Below are positions 41,140 to 52,400 of a stretch of DNA of 53,095 nucleotides, piece by piece. The notes under the pieces are model-generated. The model saw only the letters and a program-made list of their open reading frames with translations. It did no database searches and had not been told where the DNA came from. This stretch comes from Vitrella brassicaformis CCMP3155 (lineage: Eukaryota > Protista > Chromerida). Location: NCBI GenBank assembly GCA_001179505.1, contig CDMY01000550.1:1-53095 (forward strand). The letters run 5' to 3'. How positions within the stretch are numbered: the stretch's first letter is position 1; every line of letters begins with the position of its first letter. Made by a program: the position numbers and the translations under genes.

Positions 41140-43554
41140 GAAGCCATCTATCGGCTCATAGCGGGTGGGCAAACACACACACAATGCAGCACCTAGCTGC
41201 ACCAGCAGCATGCCCATCTCTTCTCTCTCTGTCTGTGAGGTGAATGCAGCTGTTGCTGTGTTTCTGAGTCATGTCTGAGTCTTACGGCATCGGCATGGCC
41301 TCTGCTGCCTCGGCGGACGATGCCGACGGCGATGCAGGTACACACACACGGCATCCCGCCACATGCGTTCATGTGGTTGTCGTTGTGCGTTTCATTGTGT
41401 CTGCAGGCGACGTAGACCAGGAGGGGCGTGGCGGCGGCGGACCAGCAGAGGACGACAATCGCAATGGAATCGACGGCGGTGAGTGAGAAGCATGCCACAC
41501 AGACCAGCCAACACACCACCAGCACCGTGACCATGTAGCAATGCACGTGTGTTTGCTCAGACCACCACCACCACCACCAGCAGCAGCAGGAGGAGCACGA
41601 CGGCGGGATGGCCATTGAGGAGGGAGGTTCGCATGCTGGAGCTGGTGGCGAATCGGTGAGGCACTCATTCACCCAAACAGAGCGAGTCTATCCGATGCGA
41701 GTCGTTGTGATGTCCGTAACCTTTTCCTTTCCTTTGCCCTTTGTGGTGTCAGGATGGTATCATGCAGGAGGCTGGGGATGGTGAGGGCGACGACATGGAT
41801 GAGGCCGACATTTACGCGTCAGATGCCAACAGGGACATATCCGACGACGGCTATGAGGAGGACGGTACGCCAGCAGACAGACAGACAGACAGGCAGACAG
41901 ACAGACAGACAAAGAGAGGGCAATGCCCGCTCACATTCACTCTGCCTGTCGTGTGGTGTGGTGGCTGTGTGCTGCAGGGGTGAGTGTCGAGGTCGTGGCG
42001 GGCACCCCCGCTGCTGTACCTGAGGGCTGTCTGCGCGCGACTGACATCGAGGCCCGATTCCCTTACAACACCACCGACGCAACCAAGGAGCTGACCCGGT
42101 GCATCATCGGCCGCACCATCACAAGCCAGCAGCAAGCCGCCGACCTCATCGAACAGGGCGCCGATCTCCGAAGCTGCGGGAGAAGGGCGACAAGATGTCT
42201 GGCATCACCTACCCGCTGCTGAGTCTCGCCATCCAGGACAAGACCGACTGTTGCGTCCTGCCCATCGAGGTGATGAGCGATGATGGCTGCCGTTCCGTCA
42301 TCCTGCCGCAGTGGTCCTCTGAGGGCATCATTGCCGCACTCATCGACGGAGGCGCTGACATCAACGCGACAGGCAGCGACCTCTATGACCTCGACAATTA
42401 TCGTGACGACGAGGACGCCAGTCCCATCCGAGTGGCCATCGCATCCGGCAACGAGACGGCATTCAACTTGCTGGTGGACGACATCGACCTTCGCGGAGCA
42501 ATGGTGATGTAGCTGCCCCGTCCGCTGCGTGACCCTCCTCCCGCGTATGTGCAGCTGCTCATGTCCATGTATGAGCGCCTCATCGACCGAGACCCCACCC
42601 TCGCCGCCGAACGGGCCCCCGGTTGCAAGCTGGTGCACAACGCAGCCCGCAACGCGCAGGACCACTATCCCCAGCCCTTCATCGACAGCTACCTGGACCT
42701 CATCACAGCGAACGGCGCCGACATGACGGCAGCCTACAGCATTAAATGGACGCCAGCGCACTACGCGGCAGCGTATGGCTCTCCCCAGGTGGCCGACTAC
42801 CTTTGCCGCAAGCTGCCCGCTGGCCAGATCGACGGACAGGACGGTCTCGGCGACATGCCCCTCGCCATAGCTGCCGAGGAGCGCCTCGGGGCCCAGGATG
42901 AGGACGACGCCAGGGTTGACAACCTCAAGCGGATCATCCGTTCGCTGCTTCGGGCGGGGGCCGACATCAATCTTATCGCCACAGACACAGAGGAGCGTCG
43001 CCGTCGCCGCCAGCTGGTGCTGGAGGAGTACGTGACGGTGCTGAATAAGCTGCGGGACAACGTCATGGCGGCCGTCAACGCGGCCCTCACCCACCACCGC
43101 TCCCTCGCGGCCCTCCTGACCCCCCGGCTGGCCGTCGGCCCGCAGGAGGCCGCCATCTTCGGCTGGCGCATCGCATCATACCTCTTCGACATGGATGCCG
43201 CCCAGGAGGCCATCAGTGAGGCCATTGGCGTGCGGCACAGCGACATGGCCCGGCGTGTGTGTGCGGCAGCGAAGCACTTGGTCCTTTCGGCGGTGTACCA
43301 GGCCAGCAGCAACAGGGAGGTGGTCGGCGGGACGGTGCATCAGCAGCAGCAGCAGCAGCAGCAGGGCGATGAGGATGAGAATGAGCCGGGAGCGAAACGC
43401 GCCAAGGTGTCCGTGCCGCCCCTGCAGTGCTTCGCCACCGATGCGGGTCAGGATGGCGGGCAGCATCGGCTGCTGGGTCTGCGTGAGGTGGTGCACAAGG
43501 CCCGGCTGGACGAGGTGGCCAAGTATGGCCTACAGGGGGTGGAGAAGGGCTTCA
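41140..43554 (+). repeat. Inverted paralogous segment matching 1-2484
   Basis: The reverse complement of 1-2484 aligns by eye across exons, introns and 5' flank. Similarity ends sharply at gatggcttc (2484 versus 41140). Confidence 0.9.
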
Positions 43555-43907
43555 ACGACCACATAGTTAACGACTGCGACTTCGAGTGGGGCCGGCTCGG
43601 TCACATCGACAGCAGCGGGGCCATTGTGTCCCTCGCTGAGTCATTCCAGCCGCACGCAGCACCGGTGGCGGGGGCGGGGGCCGATGGTGGTGGGAGTGAG
43701 GCGTCTCAGGAGGGCGATGACGGCCGCAATGGTGGCGAGGCGTCAGAGGGACAGATCGGCGGCGGCGGCGACATGCAGGATGGCGACGGCCAGGCACCGG
43801 AGGAGTACGACAATGACGGCGACCAGGACACCCGCAGACGCACGGGACCCCAGCCAGGAGACCCGGACGACCCGTTTGCACGTCCGTATTGGTGGCTGAC
43901 TGAGTGA
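41271..43907 (+). pseudogene. Disabled ankyrin-family paralog (frameshift plus nonsense codon)
   Basis: Relative to the copy at 1-2359, GAT-CCGAGTGTCGCG-CCGAAG becomes GAT-CT-CCGAAG, a net -10 nt at about 42166. AAG becomes TAG at 42510-42512. The downstream 42549-43907 frame is still open. Confidence 0.8.
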
Positions 43908-44034
43908 GAGAGGGAGGGGCCAGCCTGTGTGTTGGTGCCTTAGGTAGGTAGGCAGCTTGCCTGCTGGTGGAAGGGGACGGGCTCATCTGACGAGTCTGTC
44001 TGGACGATGACTGACGAGCGACAATGTGCACGGC

Positions 44035-44067
<33 letters not shown>

Positions 44068-44397
44068 TTTGTTTGGATGCGTGGTGACTTCCTTCTCATC
44101 GACTCAACCCTTCACGAGTTTCTTCATTGGCGTACTGTGGTTTGCACAAACGTCAACGAGTCGAACCTAGATATTTCACATCACAAATGACCGCCACAGT
44201 GTCGCGTCGAGGGACAAATAGCCACGGACATGCACACAAATGCACACCAGCCACCACACACGAGCGGTCCATCTCTCACATACGATTAAGGCGGCACCGA
44301 CCTCGGTCGCAACTAAGAACACGCAAACACATCGATAAAGCGTCAGATGGCTGGATAAGTCACAACCAACCACACCATTTTCAGACCCATCCCACAC

Positions 44398-47262
44398 TCA
44401 GCCACCCATTCGATCACCGATAGGGCCCCCCTCGCCATCCGCTGTCCCCGCACCCCCCTGCCGCTCCTCCTCGTATATCAGCCGGGCCCCCAGCAACGCC
44501 TCCAGAGGCCACCCGTCCTGCATCCGCAGCCGCCGGGCAAGCGACGGCACACTGGGGGCCTCCCCCGTCTGAGTGCGCGTTGATGGAGCCGAGTCTTCCA
44601 GCGGCCGGCTGCCGGCAGGTGATTCCACGCTGAGGGCCTCCTGCTGCTCTGTGCCGGGAGGCTTGTCTTGTCCCCCCTTGGCTGTCGGCCGCTTCTTCTT
44701 TCTCCGACGTGTCTTGGCCTTGGTAATGTTGGTCGCCTCTTCGTCAGGCATAATCCGGCCAGCAGGGCCTTCATCGTGGGCAGAGAGCGATGGCTGGATC
44801 TCAGAGGGGGCCGTCAGACCCACAGCAGCAGCTTGAGCGAGGCCTCTGCGGTAGGGCTGCCGTAATGCAGGGCCACCACCAGCGGCGACATCGGCCGGTG
44901 AGGGCAACGGACAGACAGTCTGCTCCTGGCCCCTCTGGCCGGCCACCGCCGCTGTCCTGGACTTCTTGTCTTTTCTTATCTGCTGTTTCTCCGGGATGTC
45001 GGCTGCACTGCTGCTCTCCTGTGGCTGCTGCTGACTCGACTGGCCTGCTGTTGCCGACTCGGCTGGCAAGATGCCGCTCAAGAGACCGACAGCCCTTTGT
45101 TGAATCTCGGAACGGTTCGCCCACATCCGGATGGAGAGAAGCTTCAGGTAGTCGCCGGCAAGCCAGGTGGCCGTGCTTCTGAGCAGCCACATGCCGTTGG
45201 GCGGTGAGATGAACAGAAGGGAGCATGGGTATCCCAGGTTGAGAGAGTGGATGGTGGGGCCTTGAGCAACGGTCATCACGATGTCGCAGCAGACGGTGAC
45301 CAGGAGGGCCGGCCGCAGCAGTCCGCACCATAGCAGAGGGAAGCCGACAGCGAGGTCAATGACACGGACGATGGCATGCCCCAACATGAGTGTTAAAACT
45401 CCAACCCACTTCGGCAGAGACCTGCCGTCGCCAAGCTTCCTCTGCTCCCTTGTCCGACGCACAGCATAGTTGTAGAACTCTGCCCACATCGTCCACAGCC
45501 CATAAGCAGAGCTCGCCACCGTCAGCGCACCGAGCGCCGTCACCAACAGCTTCACCAGATAGCAGCAGCCACCCACCATGCCGGCAAGACGGTGACAAAG
45601 GTATTGCGGCATCAGTCGCAGCAGCGCCGCCTTGCGCACGGAAGGCTCACCAACAACGGCACAACAAGAAAAGGCCCAACAGCACAAACCGTGAGGCTCA
45701 GTGAGGAAAACGAGCAGCAGATGCAGGCCAAGCGAAATCCCCAGGCACACTCGGACAAAGTCAATGCCGAACTGAGTGGAGAGGATGCTCACGAGGCTCA
45801 TCAGAGCAGTGAAGAGCATGACAGCGAAGACCATCCTCGGATCCCGCCACAAACTGTGCCGTCGCTTACCATCCGCGTCGCCTTTTTCCGTCCCTTGCTC
45901 ATAGCGCAGCCAAAGTCGCCATAGCACCAAGTCCACATCGAAGTGGAAGAAGAGGGAGACAATAACGAGGACAATCAGCCCCGACAAAGCCCAAACAATC
46001 AGCCGATAGGTCGACCTGTAGCAGGCGTCGGCGATAAGGGTCGAGCAGAGGAATGCCAGCAGGACAATATACTGCAGCATCCTCAGCACGACAAGACCAT
46101 AGGCCATCCCCGCCTTCAGCACGTATGTGCGCCCCCAGGGCACCTTGACAGCTTCTGGCACCTTGATAGCCTCCTCTCCCATGTAGGTGCTGCCAACGAG
46201 AGAGAAGCCAGCCAAAAGGGCGGCGCCGAGAGCCAGAGTGAGTAGAAGGAGCCACAGAATGCCCAACCACCACATAAGCTGCCCCATCCAGCCCCTCGCG
46301 CCTCCCTCAACCTTAGCCGACCCCTGCCCCGCCGTCACCACTGGCACTTTGACCCAAGCTGGGGTCCGATCCCTCGGCCGCGTCTGCCAAAACACATGAA
46401 CGAACGCATTAGCACGTTCACCGTCAGATCGATGCATGTGTGTGCGTGTGTGTGGATGATTCTCACCTGTGAGATCGCCGGTCGTTGAGGCGCTCGGGAA
46501 GGTCACATATTGTGTGCTCGGCCACCGTAGCCACGGCCGTGTGTGGGGCTGGTCAGGGAAGGGAGACTCCCGACGCCGACATGTGGCCGCCGCGAGAAAA
46601 TGCTTGACGCCTGTGTCGGTGTCATTCAGCCACGAGGCCATTTGGATGGGTGTGAGGGCCAACTGGAGATAGCAAGAGCGGCACACGGCCAGCAGGTGGG
46701 CCAGAGTCTCGACGCTGTCCTCATCATCCTCATCACAGCCATCTGCTGCCCCCGACCCGATGCCGTCAGCAGTGAAGACGGTCCCGTTGAACATGACGCT
46801 GCCCGAGGTCGGCTGCAGGTAGAGATGGAAGCAGTGGCCAAACGACCCAGCCCTCTCGTCCAACACACACAGGATAACCGCCTCATAGCCGTCGGGCACG
46901 GCGGGCCGCCTCTCCAGCTTGTCCTTGGCCGTCGTCTGCTGCCGAGAGAGCCGACATGCCTTCCTCACGTCGACACGCAGAGTGAATGGGTCGTATCTCT
47001 CGTCGCGAGAGGCCGTCCCGGTGGCATTCAGGTCGACAGATCTGCCCGACTGGCGGCCGAGGAAGGGAATCAACGATGCGATGCTCCACCAGCCGCCCTC
47101 TGCTGTACCGCCATCAGTGGCAATGAGTCGTGAGTCGTCGAATTGCACCTGCTTGCAGGGCTCGAGAGGGCCGAGGTAGTCGTCCCAGCTGCTGATGACG
47201 GACCAGCAGACCACCGCAGCGGCAAGCAGAGGGACGCACGAGAAGAAATGCGCCTCCTTCAT
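44398..47262 (-). CDS. Large hypothetical multipass membrane protein with signal peptide
   Basis: 954-aa ORF with an N-terminal hydrophobic leader (FFSCVPLLAAAVVCWSV), many TM-like segments and a low-complexity basic tail (KAKTRRRKKKR). It contains an intron-like stretch at 46384-46466. No family recognised. Confidence 0.65.
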   Translation of the reverse strand: MKEAHFFSCVPLLAAAVVCWSVISSWDDYLGPLEPCKQVQFDDSRLIATDGGTAEGGWWSIASLIPFLGRQSGRSVDLNATGTASRDERYDPFTLRVDVRKACRLSRQQTTAKDKLERRPAVPDGYEAVILCVLDERAGSFGHCFHLYLQPTSGSVMFNGTVFTADGIGSGAADGCDEDDEDSVETLAHLLAVCRSCYLQLALTPIQMASWLNDTDTGVKHFLAAATCRRRESPFPDQPHTRPWLRWPSTQYVTFPSASTTGDLTGENHPHTRTHMHRSDGERANAFVHVFWQTRPRDRTPAWVKVPVVTAGQGSAKVEGGARGWMGQLMWWLGILWLLLLTLALGAALLAGFSLVGSTYMGEEAIKVPEAVKVPWGRTYVLKAGMAYGLVVLRMLQYIVLLAFLCSTLIADACYRSTYRLIVWALSGLIVLVIVSLFFHFDVDLVLWRLWLRYEQGTEKGDADGKRRHSLWRDPRMVFAVMLFTALMSLVSILSTQFGIDFVRVCLGISLGLHLLLVFLTEPHGLCCWAFSCCAVVGEPSVRKAALLRLMPQYLCHRLAGMVGGCCYLVKLLVTALGALTVASSAYGLWTMWAEFYNYAVRRTREQRKLGDGRSLPKWVGVLTLMLGHAIVRVIDLAVGFPLLWCGLLRPALLVTVCCDIVMTVAQGPTIHSLNLGYPCSLLFISPPNGMWLLRSTATWLAGDYLKLLSIRMWANRSEIQQRAVGLLSGILPAESATAGQSSQQQPQESSSAADIPEKQQIRKDKKSRTAAVAGQRGQEQTVCPLPSPADVAAGGGPALRQPYRRGLAQAAAVGLTAPSEIQPSLSAHDEGPAGRIMPDEEATNITKAKTRRRKKKRPTAKGGQDKPPGTEQQEALSVESPAGSRPLEDSAPSTRTQTGEAPSVPSLARRLRMQDGWPLEALLGARLIYEEERQGGAGTADGEGGPIGDRMGG

Positions 47263-47386
47263 CTCCCTTGAAGTTCATCGAAACGAGTCCTGCGAGGCAA
47301 TGGAATGTGAAAGAGATATCGAGATCTTTGTGACGAATGAGGCGTCCTGTCCATACCTGCTCTTCGCCTTCCTCCCTCCCGGCTCG

Positions 47387-47395
47387 TGCGAGCTT
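47387..47395. promoter_or_regulatory. TGCGAGCTT motif in the spacer between 47262 (-) and 47454 (+)
   Basis: Exact motif in a head-to-head spacer. Confidence 0.35.
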
Positions 47396-47453
47396 AAGCA
47401 GTGTGAGGTGAGGCGAAGAGCCTTTCCCCATTCACCAAACGACTGACCTTTGC

Positions 47454-50009
47454 ATGGGCGGTTCTTCGTTGTTTGGCGGCCTATCCGCACCACTACCATT
47501 ACAGGTGGGCATCCTCAACACATACACAGGACACCATCTGGCCACCAAACCTGCCGCTGCTATGTCTCGCAATGGTTGGCTCTTCCTGCCTATGTGTGTG
47601 TCGCTTTCAAGAGTTATGGAGGTTCTGGCGCACCCGTATCTGGAGCCGCTCCTGCTGCTGCTGGTGGTGCTGCTGCTCCCTATCAACCCCCCACAGTACG
47701 CACACACATTGCCCCATACACGGTTGTGTTGACGGTCATCCATGTGTCTGTGTCTGGTGGCTGCACGGACCTGTGGTTGCTTGGTTGTGTGTCGATGTGC
47801 TGCAGGAGCAGACAGGAGTGTTCCAGCGGGCCGACACTGACATGCAGGTGTGGTACTGCACAGCACTCGGCACACGAAAACGATCCAGGCAGACCCATGT
47901 CATTGGCCGTGTTCTTGTTTGCTGTCTTGGTGTGTGCGCATATTCGAGGAAGTAGTAGTTCAGGCGATGCCTCCCGCAAACCTCCGCCCTACCCGCCCCA
48001 GGTGAACATCATCACATACGCTCTCCTCTCCCCCCTCCCCACCTCATCTCCATTCAATGGCGGACAAACCTCATTCACGTCGTTCTGGTGCGATGGATGT
48101 CTGCAGGGACAGGCGGGCGGTGGGGCTTCGGGCGGTTCTTCGTTGTTTGGCGGCCTATCCGCACCACTACCACAACAGGTGGGCATCCTCACACACATAC
48201 ACAGGACACCATCTGGCCACCAAACCTGCCGCTGCTATGTCTCGCAATGGTTGGCTCTTCCTGCCTATGTGGGTGTCGCTTTCAAGAGTTATGGAGGTTC
48301 TGGCGCACCCGCATCTGGAGCCGCTCCTGCTGCTGCTGGTGGTGCTGCTGCTCCCTATCTACCCCCCCAAGTACGCGCACACATTGACCCATACACGGCT
48401 GTGTGTGACGGTCATCCATGTGTCTGTGTCTGGTGGCTGCACGGACCTGTGGTTGCTTGGTTGTGTGTCGATGTGCTGCAGGAGCAGACGGGAGTGTTCC
48501 AGGGGGCCGACACTGACATGCAGGTGTGGTACTGCACAGCACTCGGCACACGAAAACGATCCAGGCAGACCCATGTCATTGGCCGTGTTCTTGTTGGCTG
48601 TCTTGGTGTGAGCAATTGGCCATACCCACGTAGGCGATTAGTTTAGAACCCCTTTTTTCCTTCCTGACGGTGTAGGCGCACACACAGGCGGATGCCATCC
48701 TAGACACTTTGCGTCAGCAGGTAAGGGAAGGGAAAGCTGTCTCGTGCATGATGTGTTTGCTGTCCGGCGTCCCAGTTGTTGCAGAGGGGAGATACCCTAC
48801 CGTTGGCGGCTTGTGAGATCAACCTCGCAGCAGGCTCTCGTCTCCCCGCCGCTGCACAACAGGATACGGGGGAAGACATTTTGCGTCAGGTGGTGACGAA
48901 AACTACCCACTGTTTTACCCTCATATGTTTGCCTACCGTGTGTTACCACTAGGGCTTGTCTGAGGTGCCCAGCGGAAGCAGGCACAGTGGTGAAGTAGAT
49001 TGCGTTGAAGAGGTGGCGTCAGCACCTGCGCCAGACAGATCTCCTCAGGTACGTACAGAAGAAGGTTTGCTGCCATGCAAATGCGTATGCTTGCGCAACC
49101 TATTCACCAGGGGCCGCCCGATGTTGCCATGGCGCCGGCTTCAGCGTCCTACGGTACCCCCATGGAAGCTGACGAGGGCGGCGGTACCGTCGTGAAGGAG
49201 GTGATGAAAAGAAGCTCACTAAGTTTATCACGGTGGTATCACTAGGTGCTCTCTTCATGCACGCGCTGAAAACAGGCTACGACCGATGCACCCGGGGCGA
49301 GGGACGACGGAGCAACCACCGGAGGGGTACATCGCAAGCAATCATGCACGCACACTCATGTCTCCTAAATGTGTCGTTTCTTAAGGCTGTGGCGTCGCAT
49401 CAGGCTGACTGTCGCACGCACAAGGACGCAGAGAAGGCCATGCAGATCGTCCGCATTGGCGACAAGACATGCGGCGTGCTCTTGGCCATCCATCCGTGCG
49501 GGCGGGTTGCTGATTTCGCCCTCCTCACTCGTCCAGAAAGCCCCACCCAGGTGTCCATGATGGTCGCCCGTTTTCGCAAGAGGCTGCTGGACCGCGGCAT
49601 TGCGGATCGGATGACCATCATCTATGACGACGCCTGCCACCTGGACGAGTGGGTGCAGCGACGGGCACGCGATGGCGAGGCCACGGAGACGGTGATGGCC
49701 TTGGCCAAGGACCTCTTCGTCATCGACCGTATGCACCTCGTCGGGCACCGCCGGGAGAAGTGCAAGACCTACCACAACATGGACAACTACCCGCACCTGG
49801 AGGGTGTCAACTCAGAGGTGCACACACAAGGCAGACTTTGCATGCAGCCCATTACAGTGTATCGCGGTCTTCAGGTGTGCGAGCAGTTTCACCCATGGTT
49901 CAATGGCTATGCGCCGCAGATGAGGTACAGCTCGGTGTCCTACTTCAGGTTTTTCATGTATCATGCCCTGCGCCATCGGAACTGGATGAAAGACATGGGC
50001 TACTGGTGA
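47454..50009 (+). CDS. Multi-exon protein: Gly/Ala/Pro-rich N-terminus plus a C-terminal KDZ-transposase-like domain
   Basis: From about 48110 the exons join through phase-0 GT-AG introns into the domain exon at 49386. The join across 47935-48110 and the start codon are uncertain. Confidence 0.6.
47456..48610 (+). repeat. Direct duplication of about 480 bp (47456-47934 and 48130-48610) separated by about 195 bp of unique sequence
   Basis: Two near-identical copies, each containing exons GGSSLFGGLSAPLP(L/Q)Q, SYGGSGAP(V/A)SGAAPAAAGGAAAPY and EQTGVFQ(R/G)ADTDMQ with their introns. Confidence 0.95.
49386..50009 (+). mobile_element. KDZ (Kyakuja-Dileera-Zisupton) transposase domain; element ends not found
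   Basis: Motif order: KTCGVLLAIHPCG ... PESPTQV ... IIYDDACHL ... FVIDRMHLVGH-x3-C ... GVNSE|VCEQFHPWFN. The last motif forms only after removing intron 49818-49874. Confidence 0.75.
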
Positions 50010-50234
50010 ACCAGAGCCGCATGTTTGTCTCGCGTGATTGAGATTGGTGGGCAAGAATGTCTCCCCTCAGACTTATCAATGGATATGTGGGCGGCCGAGT
50101 GCATGAGTAGGTGGGTGGTTGATTGAGTTGGGTGCAGACGGTCTGCCTGCACGCTTGCATTCAAGTGGTGAGTGAGACATTCTTCCTGCTTTGCCATTCA
50201 ATTCGGCCCAGGTGTCGCTGATTGCACATGCACA

Positions 50235-52400
50235 CTACAACAACCTATTCGAGGTGGGATAGAATGCGCAAGGGATGGGGTGGTGCCGGCAGGGATAATT
50301 GACAAAGCACCACACGTGCCTCAAGACAGTGTCGTATACTGGCATGTAACACACACACACACACATACACACACATGGCGCATCGCCGCATACACTGACA
50401 TGGCTCAATCCGGCGCATATACAAGTCTATCCCCGTCATATTGATAGAAACACAACACACTAGAGTCCACACACGTGCATGTGTGTGTGTGGAGATGGAC
50501 AAAAATGGGAGAAGGAGGGGGTCAATACCGCTCGGCGGCTGTGCGTGTCGGGCCAGACATCTGATGGCCACAAATCTCCCGCGCACGCACTCGTGGCATG
50601 AGCTGCACATGGGTAACACAACCCCACACGCAGAACCGTCTGACTGAACCCAGACGGCCCGCGAGAACAAGCAAATCGGCACTCTGTAAGAAAGCTCACC
50701 TCATGTTTCAATCCTCTCACTTCCAAGTAAGCCTCACCAAAGCCAACCGTCCACACACACTGGGCGGCCATAAGCTGCTCAGCCACACACAATTACGGCA
50801 AAAGCAACACACAATGCGAAGGTCAATGCCCACTATTTTCGCGTGTATTGTTACCCTGGCGCGATGAGGATGATGGTATTGTTGTCAGTAGTGCGGCACT
50901 AGCTCCCAGGCACTCCCCTTGGCGCAGCACGGCCATCTCTGACACAGACAGACACAAAGGCCAATCAACTCTGTCGGTCTGTGGGTGGGCGGCAAGGGTC
51001 ACCCACTGCCAGAAAAGTGAAAATTGTGGCTGCGTCGGTGGTGTGTGTGTGCAGGTGCTGCTCACCTCTGCTTTTGGCACTCGTGTGGCCCATGAGCTGA
51101 TGCACTTGACCCATGTAATGGATGTACCGCACGACACCCACAGAGCCAAACAGACCGTCCATGTCGGTGTCAATCGGACGCAGCAACACCTGATAGAAAG
51201 GAAAACAAAAGACATGGTGTGGTGGCGGGGAGGAGGTCCCAGTGTGGCTCTCTTTGTGGTTGGTTGGTTGGCCTTTTCGAGGATGAACTTGCCTTTATTG
51301 TACATTTGCGATTCCTCAAAAGCCTCCTCGTACCGCCAACCTGACATGGCACCCATAACATCAACACACACAGGGTGTGCCAAAAAAGATCCAAAGCTGT
51401 GGCGCCTTGGTGTCTGCTCACCTGCCGCTGTAGCCTCTCAGCGTGCCACTCGTGCCACCCGTGCTGGCACATGCCGGCTGTGCCGTCCCAGCAATGCCCT
51501 CATGCCCCAGCATGCCCACCTGGGCGGCAGAGAGAGAGAAGGGAGGCACCAACACACCTGCACAACAGCACACACGGCACATAGGGAAATGAGTGGACGG
51601 ACGGATGGATGGATGGATGGAGAGGGCGTGACACCAGCCCACCTGGGGGGCAGAGAGAGAGGAGGGAGGCACCAACACACCTGCACAACAGGACACACGG
51701 CACATGGGGGAATGAGTTGATGAACGAATGAATGGATGGTTGGATGGATGGATGGAGAGGGCGGGGAGAGAGGGCCTAATGATGTGTAGATTGCCACACA
51801 ATTGATGTGCAGATTGACACAGCGCCCTGGCACACACACGGCACACACAATGCACAGGGCCGTTTCGTTATACGTGTCTGAGCCTGTCTGCACAGCCACC
51901 CACCCACCCACCCACCCACATTAACTGAGCGCGGCGGCAACGCACTGTGGTGATGGAAACCACAGCCATATGTGCCTACCCGTACACATGCATTTGTCTG
52001 TGTTGGGGTAGGCGGCGGTAAGGGTGCGTGCCTGGGAGAAGTCATGGGTCGCTTGATCTACACACGCACACACACGTGAGTGGATGTGTGCAATTCTGCA
52101 TGGTTGCCGTCCCGCAGTTTCTTGCGCAGTCCGTTCGACGTGGTGGGGCCGTATATCACCTTTCCTGCAAGCATCCGTGTGCACATCCGGGCCATTTCTC
52201 TCTCTTTGGATGCGTACCCTTGCTTTGGCTCACCTCCTGGCCGTGGGCGTCACGCACCACGATGGATGGCTTTGTGCGTAGTCTGATGACCCAACCAACA
52301 CACACACACAGTTTTATTCTCCTTCCGCTCTCTCCCTCTCGACCTCTTCCGAACCTCATGAGGACGACCGTCGACCTGTCGAGGATCAAGGGCTGGCGGG
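50235..52400 (-). CDS. Probable multi-exon hypothetical gene; model incomplete
   Basis: Exon-like pieces bounded by splice signals: WRYEEAFEESQMYNK, VLLRPIDTDMDGLFGSVGVVRYIHYMGQVHQLMGHTSAKSR, DLYMRRIEPCQ and YDTVLRHVWCFVNYPCRHHPIPCAFYPTSNRLL*. I could not close the full chain of frames. Confidence 0.35.
51514..51763. repeat. Tandem duplication, unit about 123 bp, two copies
   Basis: gcccacctggg...cagagagaga...gaggcaccaacacacctgcacaaca...atgagt...(tgga)n-gagggcg occurs at 51514 and 51637. Confidence 0.9.

Noticed and set aside
42510-42512. In-frame TAG as stop-codon reassignment or readthrough
   Set aside because: TAG terminates other genes here (CDPK at 12321-12323), the paralog has AAG at this site, and the same copy also has a frameshift.
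44127-44420. A RING finger at the end of the 954-aa protein, by analogy with the 26-30 kb gene
   Set aside because: No splice combination tried yields a C3HC4 pattern.
47262-50235. Terminal inverted repeats or target-site duplication around the KDZ gene
   Set aside because: None was found by eye in either flank. The flanks look like a normal promoter and 3' UTR.
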